A stretch of 63,567 nucleotides of DNA, counting the filler, from Trichomonas gallinae (taxonomy: Eukaryota): the NCBI GenBank assembly GCA_008369845.1. It is 4 parts of 4 records of this genome, joined end to end, with 100 filler letters (N's around TTAATTAATTAA, not from the genome) between each part and the next. Parts side by side here need not be neighbours in the genome. Positions count along the whole stretch, not along the records: positions 52,668 to 61,282 come from MRSU01000262.1; positions 61,383 to 63,567 come from MRSU01000270.1; 2 more parts are not named here. One strand, given 5' to 3'. Each line of letters starts with the position of its first letter. Position 1 is the first letter of the stretch. The notes beneath the pieces are model-generated. The model was not told the DNA's origin and searched no databases. It saw nothing but the letters and a program-made list of their open reading frames with translations. A program made the position numbers and the translations under genes. Shown piece by piece: positions 53,777 to 63,567 of this stretch.

Positions 53777-54816
53777 TTAGCTTGATAGAATTGTTTGTAT
53801 GTATTTATTATAAACTTAAATGTTTTAATCAATATAACTCTTTTTATTTTAGTAATACAGCATATTAATAATAGTGAGATGATGGAACGTCTACTTTACA
53901 AAACATTTAAAAATTCCTTTTGCTCAAAATGTGAACAAATTACAACTTTGTAAATACCTATATACTATTAAAGGTATAATTATTATAGTTTTATACTTAT
54001 TTTTATTCTAATTTTATTTTCTCAAATACAATAATGAAAAGATTTTAATTTAATCGAGCAGCGAATGTACTAAGTCAAAAATCAGATATATACAGGTAGT
54101 ATTTAATGATACTGTCTTCATTAAGTCTAAGAGCTGTTTTTAATTAATAGATCTAATTAAATAATACTATATATCGAAATATCATTTAATATATAGCATA
54201 TGTTCTATCTATTATGACTAAGTACAATCATAAATTAGTTCAAACACATAATTTTTTTTACATTTGTGTAATCGAGAAAATATTTACAGAGAACCAAGGT
54301 TGTCTCGCAGGATTTAGTTGTATTTAGTTGAATATAGTTGAATTTTAAAGTTTGATGAAATATACTCCCAAATAATCAATTAACACAACGTATATATATT
54401 TCATGAACACCAGATATTACCAATAAGCACATAAGAAATAGAAGATATATACTAAAAGTCAAAGCATATCACAGATATGCCGAAATCATGTTCTAATTTT
54501 GAAACTCAAAATTTAATAAACTCACAAATCAATTATAGATTATTGTTATATCCATATCAATTATAAAACAATATTTCTAGTTATAATAATGACATAGTTA
54601 TAGTGAATAAGCTTCTTGTTGCTAATGAATTCAAATCATCAAATTGGTTTTATATGAATTAATCATATACGCGCTAATTTATTTTTATGAATGCTTTGAG
54701 TGTGCGCTGATAAATTTCCATTGATTATTTGCAATTTATTTTGTTGAGAGTTAAAATGAAGGCTTGGTGTTGAAAAATCTACATTAGTTCACCTATTTGC
54801 TAGTTATGTATAGCCA

Positions 54817-55512
54817 TTACTCATTTAGGAGAGATAAAATTTCTGATTTGCTTTCTTTCAAGTTTTTGTAAATATATTTTGCGTATCTTTCATCTTGTAA
54901 TGCACGCTGTCCTGTTTGCAAGCCAATTGGTATTGAATTTACTTGAAGTGCAGCTTCGATGTCTGGAACAGTATCTCCGAAGTGAAATGAGCGTCCAATC
55001 GATGAGTTAGTAACTATGCTTGCAACTCTCTTTGCTTCTCGAATACAAAGCTTTCTTAGATGATTATCACCAAATCCACCGATGAATGGATTAAATAAAT
55101 CACCTAAACTTGCTCTGAAAACTTTGAATTCGGCTGTTTCTTTTGTGCATCCTGTAGAAAATGCAACTACAAATTTTGGGTTTTTATTTATTTCTTCGAG
55201 AAACTCTCTAATACCTGGAGTTGGTATTGGGCGTTCCTTGTATGTAGTATTAAATGCTTCGCTATATAATTTAAGTAAATCTGATATATCTCGCGGTGAT
55301 GAGCGTCCTTGGTGCCTGTTAAGAATAAGTTCAGCTGTTTGTCCATCAGTCATTGCAATTGTTCTCTTTCCAAATAGATCCTCCTTAGAAACGGATCGGT
55401 TAAAATATTTTTTGAAGGCAATAAGGAATGATTCATCTCGTATTAGTTTACCACCAGGGCAGTTCAATACTGTTCCATCAATATCAAACGTGAGAAGTGT
55501 CTTTGTAGTCAT
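54817..55512 (-). CDS. HAD-superfamily hydrolase (phosphoglycolate-phosphatase-like)
   Basis: Motif I FDIDGT, motif II STG, motif IV FGDTVPDIEAA, GLQTG. Confidence 0.9.
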   Translation of the reverse strand: MTTKTLLTFDIDGTVLNCPGGKLIRDESFLIAFKKYFNRSVSKEDLFGKRTIAMTDGQTAELILNRHQGRSSPRDISDLLKLYSEAFNTTYKERPIPTPGIREFLEEINKNPKFVVAFSTGCTKETAEFKVFRASLGDLFNPFIGGFGDNHLRKLCIREAKRVASIVTNSSIGRSFHFGDTVPDIEAALQVNSIPIGLQTGQRALQDERYAKYIYKNLKESKSEILSLLNE

Positions 55513-55517
55513 TTACG

Positions 55518-55595
55518 AAAATATGACAAAAAACACAATTTACACGTCAAAATCATATTTTTACACGACAAATATCAATATTTACATGTCAAAAT
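55518..55595. promoter_or_regulatory. Bidirectional promoter with 21-bp-phased TTTACAYGWCAAAA motifs
   Basis: Copies at 55539, 55560, 55581 (degenerate copy at 55518) in the 94-bp gap between the divergent HAD and USP genes. Confidence 0.7.
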
Positions 55596-55606
55596 TTTAT
55601 ATCAAA

Positions 55607-56656
55607 ATGAATCGTCACCTTTCCACGATTTTTGATACTTCTCAAGAAGGAAAGCCGGATGTGCATCACCCATTCTCGCAATATGACAAATTTTATCCTC
55701 CTGGTCTCGGAAATCCAGGAAATTTATGCTATTTGAATACATTGATTCAAACATTCGCTTCTTCAAGACAATGGCGATCATTTTTCGAAAAATGCCCACA
55801 ATCAAATCAATTACTATCCGAGTTTCGAACATTGCTCTACGAGTTGTCACGTCCACATAACGGAACTTCTGTTGTTTCCACAAAAAACCTTCGAAAATAC
55901 CTGAAAAATGCGGGATTAGTTGTTGATGTTTCAGTTCAGACAGATATACACGAATTTTACACATTATTAATTGATATCATTGAAAGTCAATTAACACAGA
56001 AACTAACATCACCCACAAGCGCTTTTGCAACGAGGAGAATTTTCCCAACTCATTGTATTTGCGAAGAGACAATCACTTGCCCAGTTTGCAACTCTTTTAC
56101 CTCACACATTGATCAGACATCAACATTTATATTGGATATTGAAACAGGATCATTAACTAATGCTTTGCAGCAGTATTTTGGTCCGATATCACTTCAATCA
56201 AAATGTTCACGTTGTAATAGACTAACAGATAGAAAAATGAAGCGATCAATCCTCTTTTTACCCAGATCTATACTTTTCTTCATCAACAGAAACCATGGAC
56301 TAGGAAGAGCAAGTAATCAAGAATTTGAATTTCCTGAATGGCTTGATATTTCGAGCTATTCGATGACACAACTAGAAGAACCAGCTAAAGAGGTTCCACT
56401 TCTCCGTGGAAATCTTACAGGAATCAGTGAAGTTCAAGAAGGAACTTCAGGATTCCATCTCACAGCCGTCTCAGCTTTCCTTGGGGCTGACAATGCTGGC
56501 CATTATTATGTGTATAGATTGCATGAAGAAGAAGGCGGACTCAAAATGCGCAATTGGGTAAAATGCAGTGATTCTACAGTTGTTGTTGTTCCTCGCAATG
56601 AAGTGTTTGCTTCTAAGCGCAATTGCACTCTCCTTCATTATGAATATGTTAATTAA
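55607..56656 (+). CDS. Ubiquitin-specific protease (USP, peptidase C19); likely start MNRHLS at 55607
   Basis: GLGNPGNLCYLN, QTDIHEF, AGHYYVY, WVKCSDS. Confidence 0.9.
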   Translation: MNRHLSTIFDTSQEGKPDVHHPFSQYDKFYPPGLGNPGNLCYLNTLIQTFASSRQWRSFFEKCPQSNQLLSEFRTLLYELSRPHNGTSVVSTKNLRKYLKNAGLVVDVSVQTDIHEFYTLLIDIIESQLTQKLTSPTSAFATRRIFPTHCICEETITCPVCNSFTSHIDQTSTFILDIETGSLTNALQQYFGPISLQSKCSRCNRLTDRKMKRSILFLPRSILFFINRNHGLGRASNQEFEFPEWLDISSYSMTQLEEPAKEVPLLRGNLTGISEVQEGTSGFHLTAVSAFLGADNAGHYYVYRLHEEEGGLKMRNWVKCSDSTVVVVPRNEVFASKRNCTLLHYEYVN

Positions 56657-56757
56657 AAAATTATATGTAATTCATAGCTTTCAAAACCTTAAAATTTAGA
56701 TGTTTTCTTTCAATACTAATTTATTAATAATACCAATGACTTCAAAATCAGATATTT

Positions 56758-56780
56758 ATTTTGACATGTAAATATTTATT
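56758..56780 (+). promoter_or_regulatory. Promoter element ATTTTGACATGTAAATATTTATT
   Basis: Identical to the reverse complement of 21284-21306; 26-48 nt upstream of the SET gene ATG. Confidence 0.7.
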
Positions 56781-56805
56781 CGTCAGATATTAAAAAATAC
56801 TAAAA

Positions 56806-57585
56806 ATGGAAGATGCAAGTCTTCCAGTTGCTGAAGCAAAAATAGCAGAACCATCCAAAACGCCATTGGATGAACTTAAGAAGTCCGGCAGATTCACACA
56901 AATAAAAACAGAAAATCCAGATATCAAATTAAAATTCTTCAACAATCATTTGAAAAAAGTATATATGAAAGATAAAAAGAGCAGAAGAACACCTTCTGAT
57001 AGAGAAATACCTTCATTTGTCTGCTCAGGAAGAGATATTGAAGATAAACTTGTTGTTTCATCTCAAGACTTCGAATCTCTCAAAAAAAATTTACGATTTC
57101 TTCGTTTTGAAAAGAGTGGTATCCATTTATGGGGAGTTTTTTCAGCTTGCTCCTTTAGCCATGGAGAGCCAATTGTTGAATACACAGGCGAACTGATTCG
57201 TCTCTCAGTAACTGAGGTCAGACAAAAATTCTACGAAACAGAGGGTAACCACGGTTCTTACATCTTCAGACTCGACAAAGATTTGTATATTGATGCTACA
57301 CATAAAGGAGGCATTGCTAGATTCTTGAATCATAGCTGCGATCCGAACTGTAAAACATGTGTTGTAGAAGCAGGCGGAAAGCGCCACATTGTAATTTACG
57401 CAAAACGAAATATTGAACCATTCGAAGAATTAACATATGACTACAATCTTCCATATGAAACTAAAGAAAAAGCCATACGCTGCCTTTGTGGATCAACTAA
57501 ATGCAGAGGATGGTTAAATTATACAGAGAATGTTGATGTTGATAGCACGCCTGATGATGAAGCATTTGAAGTTAATGAATCTTAA
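56806..57585 (+). CDS. SET-domain histone lysine methyltransferase (SET1/MLL-like) with post-SET
   Basis: KSGIHLWGVF, IVEYTGE, IDATHKGGIARFLNHSCDPNC, EELTYDY, CLCGSTKCRGWLN. Confidence 0.95.
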   Translation: MEDASLPVAEAKIAEPSKTPLDELKKSGRFTQIKTENPDIKLKFFNNHLKKVYMKDKKSRRTPSDREIPSFVCSGRDIEDKLVVSSQDFESLKKNLRFLRFEKSGIHLWGVFSACSFSHGEPIVEYTGELIRLSVTEVRQKFYETEGNHGSYIFRLDKDLYIDATHKGGIARFLNHSCDPNCKTCVVEAGGKRHIVIYAKRNIEPFEELTYDYNLPYETKEKAIRCLCGSTKCRGWLNYTENVDVDSTPDDEAFEVNES

Positions 57586-57699
57586 TACTATAAAATTGTC
57601 TTCAATTAAATAATAGAATATATGATTTATCAGAATTAAACAGATAGTTCTTTTCTGGCATACAAATTTAATTCGAAACATTTCTCAAAACATACTAAT

Positions 57700-58605
57700 T
57701 CATTCAAAGATGAAATTTGGTGGAAAAGACAAAATTAGCGTCTAATTTCCAGATAATCCAATGTTCGTCAGATATATTCACAAAATCCAACATTTTGATG
57801 TCAATGGGGCTTTGCAATGGGCTTCCGATAAAGCCACAATGTGGATTAAATCCTCCACAGCAGGCACAGAAACCTCCACCATGCGGATTTGGATACTTCA
57901 ATGCATTCCATCCTCCAGCTTCTCAAGCAGCCCCACAATCTCCATGAAAACCAGCTGTACCAGGCCAATTACAAGCTCAAAATCCACAAACACATCAAAA
58001 ACCGGCTCAAGCACAAAACTTCGGTGGTTTTAACAGTGCATTTTCTCTACCTGCTCAAAACCAGCAAAAGCAAGCCCAAATCCAAGGATTTGACGCCTTC
58101 AACACATTTGCTCAACCACAACAGAATCAGCCATCATCAACAACAAAAACCAGCATCACAAAATCAAGGATTTGCTAATTTTTTCGATGCTTTTGCGCAG
58201 CCAAATCAGCAGACTGTATCTAAACAAGTTCCACAGCAATATATCGGTGGATTCGGTCAACCGCCTCAGACACAGACACCACAGAAACATGCATCGCAGC
58301 AGAACCAAGTATTTGCCAACTTCGACAATGCTTTTTCACTGCCACAACAACAACAAAATGCACAAAAACCAGCTGAACAAGGATTTGGAAACTTTGATAT
58401 TTTTTCACAGCAGCAGGCACAGTCCCAACAAGGCATTGCGGACATCTGGTCTGCTTTCGCCGAGCTTGAGCAGCCACAAGTTCCAGCATCAACATCTGGC
58501 ACAGCTCCAATCAAGAAGGGAATTTTAGCTGATGCAAGGAGCATGTTCACTGACTCAGAGAAAGATGAGCCGAAGAAACAAACAACAACCACAAGACAGC
58601 TTTAG
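57700..58605 (+). pseudogene. Disrupted Q/P-rich protein with GFxxFxAF repeats
   Basis: The same repeat (GFGYFNAF, GGFNSAF, GFANFFDAF, FANFDNAF, GFGNFDIF) continues across a TGA at 57945-57947 and a frameshift near 58135. Confidence 0.65.
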
Positions 58606-58967
58606 TGGTTTTGATGCTCCAAAAGCTGATTAATAGACTCCGCAGTCAGGAATCAATTCATAGTTGCTATATAGATTAGTACTCTAATATTCAGGAAATT
58701 TAAAAAGTCACAAGAAAATCAGAATTTAAATTAAAGTAATATATATATATATGGGTTTTCAAAACTTTTTTTCTCTGTTGAAATATGCTTTATGTAGATT
58801 ATTTACAGGAGGATGTGAAGCAACTACAAGAGTTCTACAAGATCATTATTTTAATAGTACTATAACTAAACAATGATATATCAGAAATAACCTTATTATA
58901 AAAGTGACAACTTTACAAAATTTTGATGCATTCAAATCTATGGTTATTAAAAGTGACAATGAACTAA

Positions 58968-59966
58968 GATTTTAGTTCGATTTATATACATTCCTTTTGG
59001 GAATACGGAGTATGGGAAGAATATTATCCAAATGATAGGAACTACAATCTTGTTCGGTCAGAGAACAGATATATTACCCGAATTGATTCATATTTTATCA
59101 CCGTCGCTTCATTCAATCAAATCCATGATTCTCCATGCATTAACATTGAAACTGATTCAAATACAATTAAATTACTACTTCACACAGTAAGCTTTTTAAA
59201 TCTCAATTCATCAAATAAAGCATCAGGCTTATATTATAATACGCACGGTAGTTGCATTGAAAAATACGTTTTAGGCTATAATTGTACCAACCAAAACAGT
59301 ATTGGTGGATTTTGTTCATTTATTAATTGTTCTTTGCAAAATTCACATATATATTCATGCTACCTTGGTTCCTCTGGTGGTGGACGCTGGGTTCCATCAC
59401 TTTTCATCTTGTCTGGTATTTCTGAACTCAATAATGCAAATTTTTCACAAATATATGGCGACAGCAATATAGCTTATATGGTAAGGGCGCCATTAAACCA
59501 TGCAATTACACAATTTTTGCAAGTCCAATCAAATTATGCATATTACATGAGAATTGGCTATCATTCTAACAATATACAAACCCTTCAATGCTCAAATTTC
59601 GTTAACAATACTAGTGAAGGGCAATCAATAATCCTTGCAGAATATTCAATTGATTTTTATCTAAATAATTGTGTTCTGAAGGATAACAATTCTTCGAACA
59701 CTCTTATTTCTATACTTTATTCATCAAAAGCCACAATTGTAGATATTTCAGATATTAATAATACTTATCAGGATATTTATTATCATCACGATGATTCATC
59801 TATTGATTCTAGCCAAGATGGTAAAACTTCACAAGAAATATTTATAAATTTGCCTAGTTTCGATACAAAAATTCCTAAAATTTACGTCAACACATGTCCC
59901 ATCAGGTTTCCATACAATATTGACATAAATACCTTAATTATAGCTCCAATTGTTGATCTTTCGTAA
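58968..59966 (+). CDS. Hypothetical N/S/Y-rich protein, paralog 1 (no usable start AUG)
   Basis: Frame open from 58968 to the TAA at 59966; collinear with 60150-61166 (FSSIYIHSFWEYG.WEEYY...IVDLS). Confidence 0.65.
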   Translation, partial: DFSSIYIHSFWEYGVWEEYYPNDRNYNLVRSENRYITRIDSYFITVASFNQIHDSPCINIETDSNTIKLLLHTVSFLNLNSSNKASGLYYNTHGSCIEKYVLGYNCTNQNSIGGFCSFINCSLQNSHIYSCYLGSSGGGRWVPSLFILSGISELNNANFSQIYGDSNIAYMVRAPLNHAITQFLQVQSNYAYYMRIGYHSNNIQTLQCSNFVNNTSEGQSIILAEYSIDFYLNNCVLKDNNSSNTLISILYSSKATIVDISDINNTYQDIYYHHDDSSIDSSQDGKTSQEIFINLPSFDTKIPKIYVNTCPIRFPYNIDINTLIIAPIVDLS

Positions 59967-60149
59967 TACTAATTTACTATAAACTCATTATTTTAATAAT
60001 ATTATCTATATTTTAATATTGTGCTTTGAGTATCATATAATGCTATCCATACTTTGATGTATGGCTATTTGACCATAAAAAACTTTGTTATTATGTATAA
60101 ATTTCGTGACTTCGAAAAGAAAAAATATTTTGACACGTAAAATTATAAA

Positions 60150-61166
60150 GTGACAAAATTTTCAAATTTTAGTTCCATTTATATCCATTCCTTCTGGGAA
60201 TATGGAATATGGGAAGAATATTATCCAGATGATAGGAACTACAATCTTGTTCGGTCAGAGAACAGATATGTTGATAGAATCGATTCATATTTTATCACTT
60301 TAGCATCATTCAATAAAGTCCGCAATAAACCTTGCATATGCATCGAAATGGATTCAAACACAATCAAATTACTTCTTCACACAGTTAATTTTTTAAATTT
60401 ATTTTCAACACAATTTTCTCCAGGATTATATTATAAAACAAATGGAAGTTGTATCGAAAAATATGTTTTTGGATTGAGTTGCACAAACGGAAACAGTACT
60501 GGTGGATATTGTTCATATATTAGCTGTGCTTTGCAGAATTCACATACATATTCATGCTATTCTGAATGCTATGGTGGTGGTGAATGGATATCAACGCTTC
60601 ATATCGACAATGGAATTATTGATCTAAATAATATCAACTTTTCTTTCATAAATGGTAAAAGCAATGTTGCATATCGAGTAAATGCACCAAAAAATGAACA
60701 TTGTGTCACACAATTCCTACATGTTCAATCAAATTCAGCATCTTATACGAGAATAGGCTATCATGCGTTCAATTTACAAACACTGCAGAACAGCAATTTC
60801 ATTAATAATTCTAATAAATATCAAGGCATTGTTAATGCAGAATTTTCAATCACGTTTTATCTCAAAAATTGTCTTTTTAAGGATAATAATTCAATTACAT
60901 CAATGCTAAGTGTTTTATATGGATCTAGAGGAACTGTTATTGACGTTTCATTTATAAATAATATTCCTGCGCAAAATTATTATCATGATGGTGACTCTGA
61001 GATAGATTCAACTCAACAAGGGACAATATATAAAGAAATATTCATCAATTTGCCACAATTTGACGCAGAAATTCCAAAGATTTATATTAATACATGTCAA
61101 TTACACTATTACAACTATTATAACTTAAATATTCTATTACTTGCGATCATTGTTGACCTTAGTTAA
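60150..61166 (+). CDS. Hypothetical N/S/Y-rich protein, paralog 2 (no 5' AUG)
   Basis: 338-codon open frame from a GTG; hydrophobic C-terminus NILLLAIIVDLS; paralog of the upstream ORF. Confidence 0.65.
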   Translation: MTKFSNFSSIYIHSFWEYGIWEEYYPDDRNYNLVRSENRYVDRIDSYFITLASFNKVRNKPCICIEMDSNTIKLLLHTVNFLNLFSTQFSPGLYYKTNGSCIEKYVFGLSCTNGNSTGGYCSYISCALQNSHTYSCYSECYGGGEWISTLHIDNGIIDLNNINFSFINGKSNVAYRVNAPKNEHCVTQFLHVQSNSASYTRIGYHAFNLQTLQNSNFINNSNKYQGIVNAEFSITFYLKNCLFKDNNSITSMLSVLYGSRGTVIDVSFINNIPAQNYYHDGDSEIDSTQQGTIYKEIFINLPQFDAEIPKIYINTCQLHYYNYYNLNILLLAIIVDLS

Positions 61167-61282
61167 TAAAAATATTAAAGAAATTAATATAACATCATAT
61201 TCACAGTGGAGCAATAACCAGGGATAAAAAGTGAGACCAGGGATACTCTCAATTTTCATGTAAACCTAAGAAAATTTGTCAC

Positions 61283-61382
61283 NNNNNNNNNNNNNNNNNN
61301 NNNNNNNNNNNNNNNNNNNNNNNNNNTTAATTAATTAANNNNNNNNNNNNNNNNNNNNNNNNNNNNNNNNNNNNNNNNNNNN
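61283..61382. other. Assembly spacer
   Basis: N run with TTAATTAATTAA. Confidence 0.98.
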
Positions 61383-63567
61383 ACAAGAATCTTCAGTGAT
61401 GTTTTGTCGGAGAATGTTAGTGACTTCAGATCGTCATGACGCTTCTTCTGCAAAACAATTAAATCTGGTTTTATTGTGAGTTGTTTGTGCAACATATCAT
61501 TACCAGATTTAAGTTAAGGTTTGATAAAAGGCAGCAACTCTTAACTATGACATATGGCTCAACCTTCTTCTTTCCTTAAATGTTAAAGATAATGACACCA
61601 GAAATACTTGATTGAATATTTTGCATTGTCGATTTGCTGTTAATTCTTGCGTCACCGCTTTCCTTACTCGGCTGCTTCTTCTAAGCGAGGACTTCAATTA
61701 TCATCTATTGATGCTCATATGAACAGAACCATGAAAACGAGTGGAGAAACTTCAAGATAAACAACTTTTGATGGTTCTCTCATATAAACTTATTGCATTT
61801 TTATGAATGTCAAAAGCAATGGAAGCGATTCAAGCTTTTCACCAGAGACTGAAATCATGACAGCAAGTTTTCCACGCGGTGTTAATGCATAGTAAACGTG
61901 AGATGTCTGTGAAGCAGAATAAATGTACAAGAGGACTGTATCTTTAATTTCTTCTGTGACAAACGCTTCTTGACTGAGCTTGAGATTGACATCTTGTATT
62001 GGTTCGTGGTTGACAATCAAACTCTCCTTAGAAATGCTGATCTGTGATTTATTGTGTAGCATCTTCGTGATTTTTTTCACTACACAAAACATTATCGGAA
62101 GCAACCTGACTTACTGAATCCAATTCAGATTCTCTTGATGATGTTGTACGATCACTTAAAAATATCTAGCTTCCGGTTGTCTAAGTCTTCATCATCTAAT
62201 ACTGATTACATATTTGAATATTTGGATTAAGGAACACTTGTAGTTGTAGCTTCAGTTGTTTGCTCATAATCAACAACAAATATTCTATGTTTAGAAACAG
62301 ACATGATCGCGTCGAGCAGTTTCTTGGCTTGTTGTTTGTCATCAAGGCCTTAGTTTGTTTTCACAATGAGCTAAAAAATTAGAATAGAGTGAAGAAAGGT
62401 CACTAGTTTCAGTATAAGCATTACTATTTTTTGTGAGAATTGAAATTGATTGAGAACCTACCTCGGACTCCAATTTCTTGCCATATGTACTCTTGATATC
62501 GGTGATAGATGATGCAGATTCTGATTTAGCATTGCGTTTCATTGAAACATCACGAACATCTTCGTCTTCGTCGGCAATAGATGTTTATTGGGAATGTTTG
62601 CTATTACTGCCACTAATGTCACTAGCAGTATCGATGAATGAATTATCACTATCAACATATATCTTTGGGACTTCTGAACAGACTTTCTCTTTCATCTTCT
62701 GTTTAGACTGATCTTCTTTGTTCTATTTATGGCGGAGAGCTTATGAGTTCTCAGAAACAAGTGATGACATGATTGTTTCATCATCCGAAATCGAGAAGTT
62801 ATCCACCTTCACTCTCTTGAACTTCCGCTGCTTTGGAACTGAATCTTCATCGTCTGATGAAACAGCTTGTTTGTGTGCGCTTATATCATTTGATACACCA
62901 TTCTGTGTGTTTGATTCCGAGCTTAAAATATCAACGTAGTATTTTGATTTCTGTTCTGATATTGGCACATCTTTGTCTCTCAAGTCTTCTCTTGGCTTTA
63001 CAAGAATACGTGGTTGATATCTGTAACTTCTTGGTATATCGGATACAAGTGATGGACTTGTCAATCTTGAAGCTAGTGAATTTTCTTTAGAAACTTCATC
63101 ATTCTTTGAATCGTTGCCATTAATTATGCTTCATAAGTCTGATATTGATGAATCATCCTTGTTGAATGTGCGTGTCTTTGTTGTTGTTGGTTTGTGATGT
63201 CACTGATTTCTGAGTTAGCCATGCTACGCAAGCTCTAGTTTTCGCTTGTGTTTAGAACATCTTTGCTTGTGGAATTTATTGATTCAAACAGTTGTCTTGA
63301 GCTTTCCCTGGATGCTGGTTCAGCTTTATCAACATGATTAATTGCATCTGAGTTCTCGGCTTTACGAACTTTCTTGCGTTTGACTGATTCGTTGACTGAT
63401 TTGATAGACTCAAGGATGTCTGATGATTTGAAGCTTTCATTAATTGCTTCTGTAATTCAATGAAATTGTTCCTTCTGATACTTCAGATGAGTTTTCTGGA
63501 GCTGCTTTATGAAATTCTATTTCATTGACTGTTGACTCGTTTGCAACAGATTTCTTGACTTTATGAC
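61383..63567 (-). pseudogene. Large decayed gene encoding an S/D/E/K-rich protein
   Basis: ORF pieces 62741-63064 and 62342-62542 are in one frame, separated by TAA/TAG/TAA; further frameshifts flank them; composition is coding-like throughout. Confidence 0.7.

Noticed and set aside
55082..55606. 524-aa USP ORF overlapping the HAD gene antisense
   Set aside because: The first 175 codons are the antisense shadow of HAD plus promoter DNA; USP motifs begin only after ATG 55607
62342..63064. In-frame TAA/TAG codons suggesting stop-codon reassignment
   Set aside because: Intact genes in the window end in TAA/TAG/TGA normally, and this region also has frameshifts; pseudogene decay explains it

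Overview
AT-rich, gene-dense, apparently intron-less eukaryotic DNA, most likely from a trichomonad (Trichomonas-like parabasalid). This call rests on an initiator-binding-domain (IBD) protein, a BspA-type LRR gene and TCAYT/AAAGTGAC core-promoter motifs just upstream of start codons. It is a draft assembly: four contigs are joined by three 100-nt N/TTAATTAATTAA spacers. About 30 protein genes are present: two USP deubiquitinases, a MATE transporter, LRR, CK1 and CAMK kinases, Fcf2, PX, VHS, two Rabs, IBD, Mo25, a cNMP-gated K+ channel, Vps39-like, TALE homeobox, HAD hydrolase, SET1-like methyltransferase, several coiled-coil or unknown proteins and a tandem paralog pair. There is also one tRNA-Thr(AGT) with an inverted, D-arm-deleted copy, and several pseudogenes. 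The most striking unexplained element is a ~450-nt intergenic cassette (21400-21865) of three long, imperfect, G:U-rich hairpins. An upstream 17-nt copy of one hairpin arm allows an alternative fold or self-targeting, making this a candidate small-RNA precursor cluster or RNA switch. Also notable: a shared promoter element TTTTGACAYGTAAA (23-nt identical in two unrelated promoters, phased at 21 bp in a bidirectional promoter), a five-copy 20-nt repeat array, and two paralogous ~1-kb ORFs that both lack a usable start AUG. All protein calls come from motif recognition by eye; no database search was run.
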